DNA from: Sphagnum compactum
Lineage: Eukaryota
Reading direction: 5' to 3'
NCBI GenBank assembly: GCA_965153455.1
Contig: OZ234493.1
Coordinates: forward strand, 2,790,001 to 2,854,000
Length of the DNA stretch: 64,000 bases
Positions 51,501-64,000 of this stretch are shown here, piece after piece (positions within the stretch are counted from its first letter, which is position 1; each line of letters starts with the position of its first letter). The notes beneath the pieces are model-generated. The model saw only the letters and a list, made by a program, of their open reading frames with translations. It was not told the origin of the DNA and searched no databases. Both the position numbers and the translations under genes were made by a program.

Positions 51501-52510
51501 CATTGTTGATCTCTTATAATTTTGAGCATTACAATGACACCCTACAAAATTGAGATCTCACATTAATTTATGTGTGAACTTTTGCAAGAATGACAAGAAC
51601 AATTATAACATACAAGAAACAATGATAATTAACAAAACAATGCAAACAACAAGGATAATAGAAAAAACATAAAGCAAATATAAAATTGCATTTTGTTGTA
51701 GGTACGTAGGCTGTTGCAACAAAGGTATTTGTGAGTTGTGAAAGAACATGTGTTGTTCGATAAAGGTGTTACAAAATGGTGGAAAGGTGTTGTAAAACAA
51801 ATGGCATGCAAGACAAATTCATTATGAAACAAAACACAAACAAGACAAAACTAAACATTACAAAACATTTTTTAAACAAAAATAAAATAACACATTACAA
51901 AACACAAAGCAAGACAAAGATGTCACCCAACCCACTAAAAAAATGTTGTAAACCGAGAAGTTCAAAACAAAAATGTCATAAGGTGAAACTGTTCCAAAAT
52001 GGAAGGTTGAATGGTGCAAGACAAAGGTGGAAGGAAAACACTCCACAAAAGTTCAAGCAATGCAAGATAGAAACAACAATCGAACGTTTCAAAAAGAGTT
52101 CAAGTGATGCAAAACAAGGTGTTACAAGAGCAATGCAAGGGAGGTTGAGCAAATAAAGAAAGAAGTGAACTCTACAAAGGAAATGAAATATTTTTGCAAT
52201 TGAGGACTTCACCACTATGGAGGCACTTTGAGTGGGAAGAAACAAGACAAAAGAAAAGACAATCCAAACAAAAAGTTGGTGTGGACATTGTTGCACCTTT
52301 TGGCATTAATACAAAGTCTATTATATCTAATGGACATTGTTTAGGTGTGGACATATCATGCTAGGGTTAGGTTAAATGGTATTAGGGTTGGAAATGTTCA
52401 AAGGTGTAGATAAATCACCATGTGTTAGGTTAATGTTTGCTAATATAGGGCCTAACATTAGGTCTAGCCATGTCATCATAAATGAAAGGAACAAAGTTTT
52501 GTCTATGTTC

Positions 52511-52756
52511 AGGTGCATTCACACTTGGTGTTAAGGACTCTAGTATTAAGTCCCCTAACACCAAGCTAGTCATAGTATTAAATCCCACAACACCAAGCTA
52601 GTCATTTAAGACTAAACCTATTTTACCACGAAGATTTTATGATAAGTTAATATTTCACTTAATATTAAACAATCACCCATTTAACATCAGGTGCCACCTA
52701 TGATGCCACCTAGATTTTCACTTAACATTGACTTAACATTAGGTGTGAATGCACCT
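52511..52756. mobile_element. Tourist-like (PIF/Harbinger) MITE
   Basis: Perfect 14-bp TIR AGGTGCATTCACAC / GTGTGAATGCACCT. Flanks are TTC and TTA, an imperfect 3-bp TSD. Confidence 0.75.
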
Positions 52757-52836
52757 TTAGGGTTTGATTGGTCAAAAATGGGAAAGTAGCAAATATTTCA
52801 ATTGCTATGCTATATAGTTGTTGATATGGAGTAAAG

Positions 52837-53353
52837 CAATGATAGGCGGGTATTTGCTTTCCTTAATAACCGTGGTTTTTTTTTCCCCCTTTTTTTTTCA
52901 ATATTTCGAAATTAGAAGCACCACCTGTCTCGCGGTGTTTTTTAAATTTATTTTTCAGAATCAAAGAACCGGGGTTCTTGATTGTGCGGGGAATTCCAAA
53001 TCAAAGGACCATAGGTTTCGGGTTATTTCAAAAACCTCAATGAATGACCCATGGTACGTTTTTCATGAAAGATTGAGGTTTAATTGTAGCGGGTTATTTG
53101 ATGCTGTTTTGTTTTTTCAGCAACAAAAACAAGAGAGAGAGAACTGCGATGTTTTATATACATATATCCAAAGTGGTTCTTTGAATTTTTTAAATTTTTT
53201 TTGCATAAATGCAAGGGGGATGTATAGCTAATAGGAGAACCATGCGGTTATAAAACCCGATGAACCTACCCGGATAACCGACCGGAATGGGGGGGGGGGA
53301 GTGGCTGCCATTTCTAATACCCGGCCACCCACCCACCCACCCACCCAACACCG
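52837..53353. mobile_element. Non-autonomous hAT-like element with ends related to the 7182-11227 element
   Basis: CAATGATAGGCGGGT at the left end and ACCCACCCAACACCG at the right end. No 8-bp TSD visible. Confidence 0.45.
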
Positions 53354-54097
53354 GTGTGTTATTTTCATGACTTCCTTTTTTTTTTACACCAGAAAAAAGG
53401 TCCATTTGAGCCACCTAAAAATAGTCTTCAGTTGAACAGTAAAAGGACCCCACCCCCACCCCCCCCCCCTAAAAGAAAGTCAAGAAAGTAATGTGGACTG
53501 AGTCAGACAACGACTTATTCTCATCCCATCTACATTCGGATTTTCTCATCCACGAAGTCGGATTTTACATCCCATGAACTGCTTTCTTCCCCCCTCCAAA
53601 GGCATCTACATCCTCCAGACCTGCAGAACCGGGCAGGAAATGGCAGGGCTGGGCAGAGACGGGCAGCTCTGGGCAGGAGAGGATAGAGCCGGGCAGTTCC
53701 GGGTAGCGCACGGGGAGGGTTCTTACCAGGAGGAGCCTTTCAACTGCAGTCTTGGAAATGCGCTCTCTCGCTCTCTCGCTCGCATCGCAGCAAAGTCGCT
53801 CGTGTCGAAGAGCGCTCGCCGCGCGTATTCATTTGCTTCCAGCAGTTAGTTGCTCGACGACGTGTACACAACTTCGGAGGTACATAAACTTAAGGAATCG
53901 AGCTCTCGCTTTGGAATTTTTTATTTATTTTTTCCTTCTTGCAGCAAAAATTGGTCAGAACTGGGGCTCCTCAAAACCCTAATTTTGTTGGTTCTCCTTC
54001 CCACAAGCATACGCTCTTCTTCTGCGGTTGCACTTTAGGCGGAGGAAGAGGACAGTAGGGACAGGGGGTGGGTCTCTGGGACTGCAAATGCTGTGGT

Positions 54098-57000
54098 ATG
54101 GAAGGAGAGAAGCGAGGGGGAGGAGGAGCAGGTGTGGCGGGAGAAGTGGGTGGTGGAGTGATGCTAAGGAAGCCAACACCTTCGCGACCACAGGTGACAG
54201 TTGCCATGCGAGGAGCGTATACCTCAGAAGCAACAGTAGCAGGGGTTTACCGAACAATTGAAAGCCCCATGTCGTCTATGGTGTCGGGTTTCTTGGCTGA
54301 TCCGGAACAGGACATGGATACCAGATCGTTTTCCCATCTCCTGGCAGGTGCCATCGCCGCGCCGGCGTCCGGGGGGGATGGGGGAGAGGATAAGGGAGCG
54401 ACGGCGGACTCGGGGACGGGAAGTCCGAGTCTTAGGGTAAGCTCTCCAGGTGGTGCTAGTGTTGGAGCGGGTGGTAGCTTTGCGGATAGGTTGGCTGCAC
54501 GAGGAGCGGCTCACACAGCAGCAGGGTTTGCGAGTGCAGAGGCGGCAGGAGGAGGAGGAGGAGGAGGAGTCTCCATGCCTCCTTCCTCCGTCCAGTTTAG
54601 GTCTCTTCCTCCTTCTCGAATTCCTATACCACGGTCGGCTGGGTATCTCACTATACCCCCTGGTCTGAGCCCCACAACTCTGTTTGATGCTTCCCCAGTT
54701 CTCTTATCTACCTCTCAGGTGCTTACTCTTACCTTGCCATTATTCTGGTGCTTATCTTTTGATTGAATTCTTCAAGCTTAATTGGCACTTGGAACATGCA
54801 CGCATGCACTGGGAATTTTCTTTTTTCAGAATTCATGAAACAGCAAAATGGATACAAAGTTCAGAAAAGCTAAACATTCTGTTGGCTCTGAAGCAGTCAG
54901 AGCCATCCCCAACAACAGGCACATTTCCACTTGCCCCTGCTTTCTTCAACACGGGATCATCAAAACCAATTCTCGGAATGGATCCCTCCAAAGACAGAAG
55001 TGCAGACCAGGGATTTGTGTTTAAACCATTTGTGAAACCTGTTCCACAGAATTCTATGTCGCGGCTGGCAGGCCTGGTAAGTTGTCTCAGCAAAGTTCTG
55101 TGGCCACCCATCTTACAGATCAGATTTAGGGATTACATTTATTTGCTTTGTGTGAATGTATGACAACATAGAAATTTATGTCATTTTGCTGCTAGGAATG
55201 CATCAAGGAGTCACACTGGACCAATTTTCTGCACAAGGAGATGTGGCTTGTGTTCATTTGAAGCAAGCAGAATGTAATGGTTGCTAGAATTCAAGGAGTT
55301 GACCAACTGATGTTGGCTACAGGTTTGCATATGAAGATCGGTTTACCAGTAGAATAAAAACTGAAGGAAAATGTCTTAGAAGAACAAGTTGGATTGTGTT
55401 CAGTACTTCAAAAATCATGTGTGAGGGAGCTCATTGTGTGCCACCAAGACCAGGCTGCATTAATTAGGGTGCAGCATGCCACAGGAAATTGGTTCCTAAA
55501 GCTCTGAACTGATTGTGCGCTCAGCTGTCAATATCTGATTGACTGTCAAAACATGGTCTTTCTTTGATATGACAGTTGCACTTCTGGTTGGCGACTCTTG
55601 ATTGCGAACTTTCAATGCTATCAGAGAGTGCATGGTTTGGAATGTTTCAGCTGTATCTGATGCTCCAGAATTTACTTGCAGTCAACCTTTGGGGCATTTC
55701 AACAGCAGGCACATGTGCTTACAGAGATGCAGCAAGCCCATGCACAGCAGACATTGCCTTCCTCTTCAACTCTCTCTGCTTCAGCTCGAGTACCTCTTGT
55801 CTCTACAGCAATGTCATCTGGTGTTCCCCTCAATGTGTCGAGTTCACAAGCAGCGCAGGTGCAAGCTCATGCCATGCAGCAGCAGCAGCAGCAGCAAAAT
55901 GGTCCAGATTCAGAGCAAACTTCTCAAGGGTCTGAACAAGATCACCAGCTTCCTCCCACAGCCATGACAGTCTTCCCAGAAAGACCCTCAGAGGATGGCT
56001 ACAACTGGCGCAAGTATGGGCAAAAGCAAGTGAAAGGCAGTGAGTACCCACGAAGCTACTACAAATGCACCCAGGCGAATTGCCCAATGAAAAAGAAAGT
56101 GGAGCGTTCACATGATGGGCAGGTGACAGAAATTGTGTACAAGGGGGATCACAATCATTCCAAGCCACAACCCACAAGGCGCCTGGCACTTAGTGGTGCC
56201 CACCTTATCTCTGACACTTAATGTCAAAAAATTGGGCATGCACAGTGGACTTGATAGTCCAAGGTGGTATCCTTGGGGTGCCAGTTCATTGGATTGGTGC
56301 TGAGTCATTTTGAGGAAGAGATTTGCAAGTTAGACACTGGTCAGCTTACCTTGGTGTTGAATGGCAGCTTTTTGAGCCCTTTGATCATGTCAATCACAGT
56401 CGTGAGAAAGTTTCATTACAATCCACATGTTTGTGCCCTTGCAGTAATGAAATCTTTTTTGTGTGGCAGGTGGCCAAGTTGGAGCAGGCTTTTTATCCAG
56501 TGTGAAGAATGAGGGGGGAGGTGCAGAGCAAGATATCATGGATTCCTCCAGGGCAGGCCGTCTAGCACCCTCTTTGTCCTTTACACTTGGGGGCTCTGGA
56601 GTCCTAGAGCCTTCATCGTCATCTTCCAGTGATGGTGAGGGAGAAGAGGGCAGCAAACTTTCTGTAGAGGATGGAGATGATGATGAGCCTGACTCCAAGC
56701 GCAGGTATCACTTCCCTTAAGTCTCCAATAGTCAGCAGTTACATCTACAAATATTATACTTCTCAACTGTGTGTTTTCCAGGCTTGAATGAGACATAATT
56801 GACCATTTTCTTGAGCGATGTCCCTAGAGTGTTAGCCAATATCATGAACATGTCTTCCCATTGCTTCTGGAAATGCAACAGAAACTCAGGATGCAGATAT
56901 TTATATAATGGTTTGCCCAAAAGTTTGGGCAGCTTATTATGCACATATTTGCAGCCACTGTTGGGAGCTCATAAAGTCACTGGAGAGTCATGGCAGCTAG

Positions 57001-58444
57001 TCATTGCCATTCTATTGATGATGAAGGTGCTGGTCTGACACTTTGTGGGTGACATTCATAAGGTTAACACCACACTCAATTGTTGTCATGGCAATTTTGG
57101 TTTTGCCAGAACTGACAGAACAGTTCCCTTCAAAATTGGCTTTTGTAGAAATTTCCATGCAATTTCATAGATATGCTCTTATGTGTTAAGATGGAGCTGT
57201 GAGATGCTTCTCACATTTCTGTGCGCATTGAACCTGTGGTATCTAGAGTTTAGGCCCAGATGGATGTTACGGATGCTTGAGAGTTCATCTGACCTCTCTG
57301 ATGTGTATTTTGGTCCTTGCTGTTTAATTTGGGATGTTTGGAAAACAGGAGAAAGGACAAGAAGGTGAAGGAGGTAATTCCTGCATCAAGGACTATTCGG
57401 GAGCCACGGGTAGTTGTGCAGACTACCAGTGACGTTGACATTTTGGATGATGGGTACCGTTGGCGCAAGTATGGCCAAAAAGTAGTGAAGGGCAATCCTC
57501 ATCCTCGGTGGGTTTCTTGTCCTTCTGCATTGGATTGTTCAATTGAAAATATGTTATGTACTCTTCTGAGGTTCTGTAACATCAGTTCCAGGTAGATTCT
57601 CTCAAGACAGAATTGAAATTTAAGGGGCCTATTCTCTATGTGTGAAGTGATTAATGTCAGTGCTTCTTGTTGATAAAATTTTGCTCAATTATTGACCAGA
57701 TCTCAGTTGGTGTGTCTGCACCAACATTTCTCTTAAATGCTTTGTTTGGAACATCTTTCCTGTTGCAATATGAATACTACAATTTGGGCTTGTGTCTGTA
57801 TGGAGATGCATGACATGTGCCAATAGTCAGTAGCCATCTACTTGTCAAATGCAGGGATAGCTGGCTAAGTATGACTGGGCCTCCTCTCATAATGAAATAT
57901 TCCAGTAGGTCTGCTGGTGGTGTGCTGCACAACTTACACAGACCAAACTGTCATGACTGACAGGAGCTACTACAAGTGTACAAATGTGGGATGCATTGTT
58001 CGGAAGCATGTGGAAAGGGCTTCGACTGATGTGAAGGCAGTGATCACCACATATGAAGGAAAGCATAATCATGATGTACCTGCTGCAAGAAATAGTGGGA
58101 GTGACACTCTAGCCCAAAATACTGCTCCAGTGATCCCTGCAGCTACATCCCTGCAGGACCAAGGGGCCCGATTTGGAAACCGTAATTTTGGGCAGCTGCT
58201 TGATGATGGTTCTTTTAAAAGGGAGAAATCTGCAGCAGATGTGGACTCAGGGATGAGAGTGGGAATGGTGGCAGCTAATGGGGAGGTGCCTGTTTCAGCA
58301 TCTCTAGGGCACTCTGACTTAGGAGATGGAAGGGCAGTGCAGGCCAGGGATGCTTTTATCCACAGAGCAAACTTTGGTGCAAGACCAAAACAAGAGCAAC
58401 CTGAGTCAACATCACAAACTTCATTGATACCTTCAAGCATGTAA
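54098..58444 (+). CDS. Group I WRKY transcription factor (two WRKY domains), ~729 aa
   Basis: Exons 54098-54718, 54897-55076, 55682-56195 (donor uncertain), 56470-56704, 57349-57507 and 57964-58444. Two WRKYGQK motifs, each with a C2H2 finger. N-terminal motifs [21 protein letters not shown] and SPTTGTF. Conserved PR-intron in the second domain. Confidence 0.9.
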
Positions 58445-60073
58445 TTTTGTCTAAGTACAACTCCTGTGAAATGTGTTTGCCCCATACCACTGTAAGCAAA
58501 CATTATGCATGATCCATGTGCCAGATTTTGAGCTTCCTTGCTTCAGATTGTGGCCTGGTTAAGGGGGGATAAAGTAAACTGTGTCTGGTGAGGGGTTTGT
58601 GTTGACAGATCTGGGATCCAATGCTTTGTTGGTGAATACTTTGCCAAGGAAGTAATAGATCATTTCTCTCTAAAAATTTTGTATAGTGAGAGGCCTGTCA
58701 ACTGCTCAAGTTAAAGCACATATGCTGTTAGATTCAGAAACTGCTTGTTTAAGTGCAAAAGTTAGGCTGGGAACAATTTGTTCTCCTGTGAACAAGTGGT
58801 TATCTAGGCTTTTCCTGGTGTCATCTGGGATTTCTGTTACCTTTGTACATGGGCTGTACCTTTGATTTGTAAAGGGTCTTATAAGCACTCACTTTAGGTT
58901 GCCATGCCTGCTTGTCTGTCTTATCAAGGCATGCAGAGATGCTAGCAAGCCCTTCCACTACTGGTTTCTTATTAGTTAGAGAAGATAGATTTGCTGCTCC
59001 CTCAAGGTTCATACAATATGTTGGGGTAATGTCAAATAAATATATTTGGTTCAGCTTGTTCTCTTCGCTCCAGCAGTATTCTCAGTACCTGTTGCAACAA
59101 GATCTTTCATTTTCTTTGGCCATGTGAAGACCTCCATAGTACTACTTTCATTTGAGAACCCTTACATAAGATGCTTGTTCAAAAATAGGTTTGTTTGCGG
59201 GTGGTTTCCTTTCAGCCAAAATGGAGCTGGATGGCATCAGGCAGTTTCCTAAAGAACCTTGGAGATGTGAATAATAATTGAAAGCATTTTGAACACGTTG
59301 AGATTGTTCCAAATGTGTCGTCAATACTGACAACAGTGTCAGGTTAAACCAATTTTTCAGGCTGCTATGAAGCTCCTATATTGCCAAGCACCAGCACACA
59401 CTCAGACTACAAGTTCCATTGTTCAGTTTTGTCCATAGAAATTCTGCCATGGTACCTGCTCTGTTTCAAGAAAAGACTAGCACCCAACCTACCTCTTCAA
59501 TACATCTTTGCAAGTGTCTAGACAAAAGTTTGGTCAAACCAACAACTGAAGAGAGACATTCTACTGGCTACTTGCGCCAGAAGCACTGGCTATTTGCGCC
59601 AGAAGCAAAAAAGCTAACGAATATCCTATGACCAACCAAATCAGCTTCACAACTAAGGGATTACATTTTGTGACACTAAGTTCTTCAATTATATGCCATT
59701 TCTAATAGACCAATCAGAAAATATCTGAATTGCTGCCCATATCAATAACCAGGAATATTACAAAAAGGACAGATTCTCTCCTTGAGTGTATTGGGACACA
59801 CTACCTAACTCTAAATAATAAGATCAGGTGATCTATTTGCTTTTTCTAGGGTTAACAAAACCTCAGTTCATTACTTGAACATGCAACCCTAGTGAGAGTT
59901 TTCTACAAAGGATGGTGCAGATCAGTGTCCAGGAAACCCTTGTATGAGTGAAGCATTAGTGCTGTGAACTCTTGTTACACCAGCAACAAGTGCCGCCAAC
60001 TCAAAACACCAGTCAATACAAGCACAACTAATTAGTAACTAGCATCTTGTTTGGTACACAGCTGCAGACTTGT

Positions 60074-63000
60074 TTATTTCCTGTGACCAAATCCATTGCC
60101 AACTTCCACAATCTCAGAATCATGCTTGCATGCCCTTCCACCTATTTTACTCTTATGCTTCTTGTCCACACAAGCTGACATTGACTTGTGTGATGTCTTC
60201 ATGTCTTCTGGGGCTTGTTGCAATCCTTGCTGAATTTGATGTTCATGTTCCTCCAGAAATTCCTCATAATCTACAGATCCTGAGCCAAAATAAGCAGGAT
60301 GGAGAAGTGGTCCTGAATGATACATCTGTTCTTGTTGACTGTGGGTTCCCTGCACAACATATCCACTGAACACTGTTACTTTTTCCCTGCATGTCCCCTA
60401 GCATTTAGGTTCCAAAAGCAGAACCTAGATATTCCTGCTCCCTTCTTCACCCCACCATTCATATTCAAAACCAAGTTCAAGATGAATCCTCACCTAACAA
60501 CTGGGAATCCACTTGTACCCACAGTCTCCAACATGCCATATAAACAGAACACAGGCAAACATCATCCAATTATTCAGTCAGGTACAAAGCAGATGGGTGT
60601 TCACCTGAACCCTAGACCCTAAACCCTAAACCTCAGCAAACAAGGGGCACAATTTGCAAATGAAGGAATTACCTTAGATGGGACCTTTGACAGGTGGTTG
60701 CCATCTGTTTGACATGAGTCAACTGTGGAAAGGTCCCATTTAGAGGGGCTGTATGTAGTCCTAGCTGACAACTGATCATGTTTATAAGTTCGTTCTTGCT
60801 TGGACAACATCTCATTCATCCTGTGCATGTCACGTCTTTCACTTTGCCTGTTGACCTCCCCGTCATAATGTATTACATCACTATCTTGAGCTCTCCTGCT
60901 ATCCCACCCTCCATAGTGATTGCCACTAGCCCCATTTCGAGCTGCCACAAGCATTGAGATGCTGGACAAGTCAGCAGGTTGCTGGGGATATGCTGCTTGA
61001 GAAAACTCAGTGACTGTCATTGACTTTGTTGGTCGTGAGAGTGGACGTGATGGAGCCATATACATATCCTCCCCTTTGTGCTTCTTCTTCCATGAATTGC
61101 CAGCCAGACTTGCATTGGGTGCCAGCTCTGGTCCAGATTGGGATGAAATGGATGGTACAGCGTATGAATGGATTGCTTGAACAGGTGATATGCCTTTCAC
61201 CTCTGTAAATGGCTGCCTTGCTACTGGAGGATGCCTAGAAAATGCAACAGTTCCATCCTTCTGCAGAGGTGGAAATTTCTCGCTCTTACTTTTCGTAGCT
61301 GCTTGTGGATTCATGCGTCGTTTCTAGGTTGGCAAATCACAGACCCTCTCAGTGAGTTACTGAATAGTCACCTGCCAGTCCCCTCTAAAAGAACAAGGTA
61401 GATAGCTTTGGTACTTGCTAACATTGATGTGGCTAGGAGCCTCTTCCTTATGTGGTGTAGGTACTGTCTCCTATACAAGGCTCTGTAAGGTCATTCATCT
61501 CAGTATTTCTAAGCCCAAGATGCATAACTTCACAATACATCCCAACACCCAAGTACAAAAATAGTTGCATACAAATAAGCCCTGTAGTTTTCACAGCTAC
61601 TACAGATGAATGGAAAGGAAACTCACATGCAAGGTGGTAGCCAGTTCTGCATTTGCATCTGGGGCACCAATTGCCTGACTTGTGCCATCTTGGGTACCAG
61701 GTTGATTAGAAGCATCAGAACCTCGCACTCGTCCACCAGCTGGTCTTTTCCTGCAATTTAAAGAGAGGAGAGATGTGCATTTACTTGTGAGCAGCTCCAT
61801 CCAGTGCCATCCAAAACAATGCTGATTTGGAATTTGTCACATTGTAAGCAAAGACCAACATTATGTCAAGCAATATCCCATCTGGTGCATACAATTTGAC
61901 AAGCTACAGTCAAACACATGGTTGCCTGGCCATTGCATACAGTCACTTGTGGAGGTAAACATACCTGCGTCCCTCATCATCCTGGAACTTGGTATCAAAC
62001 TCCTTGCTGGGACGATAATGGGGTAAGCTTGATGGGTCGCATGGCAGTGGCTTTGTATTGAAAAACTGCCAAAGCATTCCAAACAATACTTTAGTTTCAC
62101 ACCTACCTATGCATATCCACAGAGACCATATTCTTAGGAGACATTGCATGGGAATTGAGATATGTGCAACTGCTTGAGACAAAGAATGCACTTACATCAC
62201 TTTTTAAAGCTTCTGCTGCACTCCCACGATCAGCTGGTTCAATAGCAAGGAGGGTATCAAGCAAGGCCAATGATGAACTGGGAAACTCTTTAAAAGTATC
62301 CATTATGCATCGCTTGTAAGGTTGCTGAGGTTTGAAAATGGTTGCATGCGGCAACTTCGATTTTATCCAATACTCTTCTGATGGAGAACCACATAGTTTA
62401 AATATCTTGTGCAGCTGTTCTACCTGCCCAAAAGGGACACAAAGTTGCTTGTTTTAGACCAAGTAGGAGGAGCTGACAAGGTCCCAAAATGCTGTGCTTG
62501 CAAGCCATATAAACCAGAACATGGGTCGTGTTTCAAACACCACCAGCAACAATGGGACAACCAGTTGGACAAACATTGACCATGAGCAAGGTTATCTGTA
62601 TCAAACCTCAGTACGACCTGGCATGATTGACTTTCCAGCTAGCAGCTCAGCCAAAATGCACCCTGTACTCCACAGGTCTACTCCTACACCATACTCTGTG
62701 GCACCAAGTAACAGTTCTGGAGCTCGGTACCACAATGTAACAACACGGCTAGTGAGTTGTTGTTTCTGATGGGGATTGAAGAATGTGGCAAGCCCAAAAT
62801 CAGCAATTTTCAATATGCCTTCATTATCTAACAGCAGGTTTGAGCCTTTAATGTCCCGATGGAGAACTCCGTGTTGGTGACAATGATCCAAACCCCGTAG
62901 CAGCTGCTGTAAATAGCACTTCACCTGTCATAACCCATTAAACCCTAGTGCACTTCTATTTAGTAATTTGAAGCTGATTCAGCACATGACAAGCCAGATA

Positions 63001-64000
63001 TCTGCACACAAGTTGGACCCCTGGAAATGAGTATGAATGGACACAAATGTTAAGGGCCTCTCAGCAGCAGCAGAGCAACAACTCCTACTAAGTAGAGAAA
63101 AAAGTACCTGTGCTTCTGTGAACACGATCGCAGGACAAGCAGCAAGACCAGCAAGGTCATGTTCCATGTACTCAAAGACAAGATAGAGACTGCATGACAT
63201 CCGAGAGGTCACCAAGCCCTCCAGCTTCACCACATTCGGATGATCCAATCGCCGTAGTATCTGAATTTCCCGAGCCATGAAGCGCACACTTTCCGGTTCT
63301 AGGGTATCAAACCGCACCTTTTTCAGAGCCACAATTTTGCCTGTCTCCAGATCACGAGCCTTGTACACATTGCTGTATGTTCCTTGACCAATCTGGAACA
63401 TTTCCAAACTTGTTTGTCAATACAAGGGTAGTAGGGGGTGGGTGGCTTACAGGCAGCTTCAAATTGTGCCTCACAAAGATTGATTCTTGCAGAAACCCAT
63501 CACAGAAACCCACTTCAAGAATGCTTAGAATCATACAGACATCTACACTGGCCATCACCATACCTCACAGGGGAGGGATGATGATGCTGAAACAAAAGCA
63601 ACACCTATGCTCTACAGACTTACTTTGTCGAGTTTCTCAAATGATGCAGCATGGCGAGGAATCCAACCCTTGAGAGCCTCTCCAGCCACAGCAGACAACC
63701 AGCCAGGCCATCCTGCCGCAATTTGTTCAGCCTCTAGGTTCTTTGTTGGGACGTGACTCAATCTCAGGCCGCCGCCACCAGCTGCCTCCTCTTCCTCCTT
63801 CCCCTCCTGTGCTGCTTGCTCTCTCTTTCTCCTAGACTGCCTTACTACGTCTACTACTAGTTCCTCCTCCTCCTCCTCCGACACAGCTTGGGAGTCGATG
63901 ACATTTTTTTTAGTCCTGAGTTTCACCGGATCCTTGTTGTCTTTTCCTCCGGCGGCTACAAGAATTGCAGCATCTGCGGTCTCTACTTTAGCACTTGTAC
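60074..64000 (-). CDS. CDK-like Ser/Thr kinase (CKL/CDKC-related, At1g54610-type); 5' end outside the window
   Basis: Exons >64000-63624, 63392-63108, 62924-62607, 62423-62196, 62065-61965, 61750-61627, 61323-60673 and 60349-60074, all phase-consistent. Motifs AAGWPGWL, IGQGTYSNVYKA, PESVRFMAREI, HRDIKGSN, DFG, LTSRVVTLWYRAPE and C-terminal YHSGPLL. Confidence 0.95.

Noticed and set aside
58069..58503. Antisense ORFs over WRKY, MYB and kinase exons
   Set aside because: Shadow frames of real coding exons with no independent evidence.
58444..60074. Natural antisense overlap between the convergent WRKY and kinase genes
   Set aside because: The stop codons are ~1.6 kb apart, and overlap cannot be shown without transcript data.

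Overview
Eukaryotic nuclear DNA from a land plant. The intron-containing genes, TTTAGGG motifs and repeat content suggest a bryophyte, possibly Sphagnum (inference only). Four spliced host genes can be reconstructed. (1) A 5-exon VTI1-type Qb-SNARE (minus, 3543-5491, 221 aa). (2) A 4-exon subgroup-9 MIXTA-like R2R3-MYB (plus, 37897-40956, about 682 aa). (3) A group I two-domain WRKY (plus, 54098-58444, about 729 aa), with an in-frame stop just past a weak donor. (4) A CDK-like (PESVRFMAREI-type) kinase (minus, 60074 to beyond 64000). The intergenic DNA is AT-rich and full of transposon debris: a full-length dead hAT element with a perfect 8-bp TSD, several MITEs, a Harbinger remnant, an RLE-type non-LTR retrotransposon fragment with a (TCA)n tail, an LTR-like repeat and several tandem arrays. 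The most unusual signal is a ~3.95-kb non-coding element (20204-24154) bounded by a CCT direct repeat. Its two ends also occur fused tail-to-head as GTAT-CCT-ATAC at 16902-16912, which looks like a circle or tandem junction. Also notable is an 8 x ~110-bp dyad-containing array directly upstream of VTI1. No prokaryotic-type system such as CRISPR or an operon is supported.
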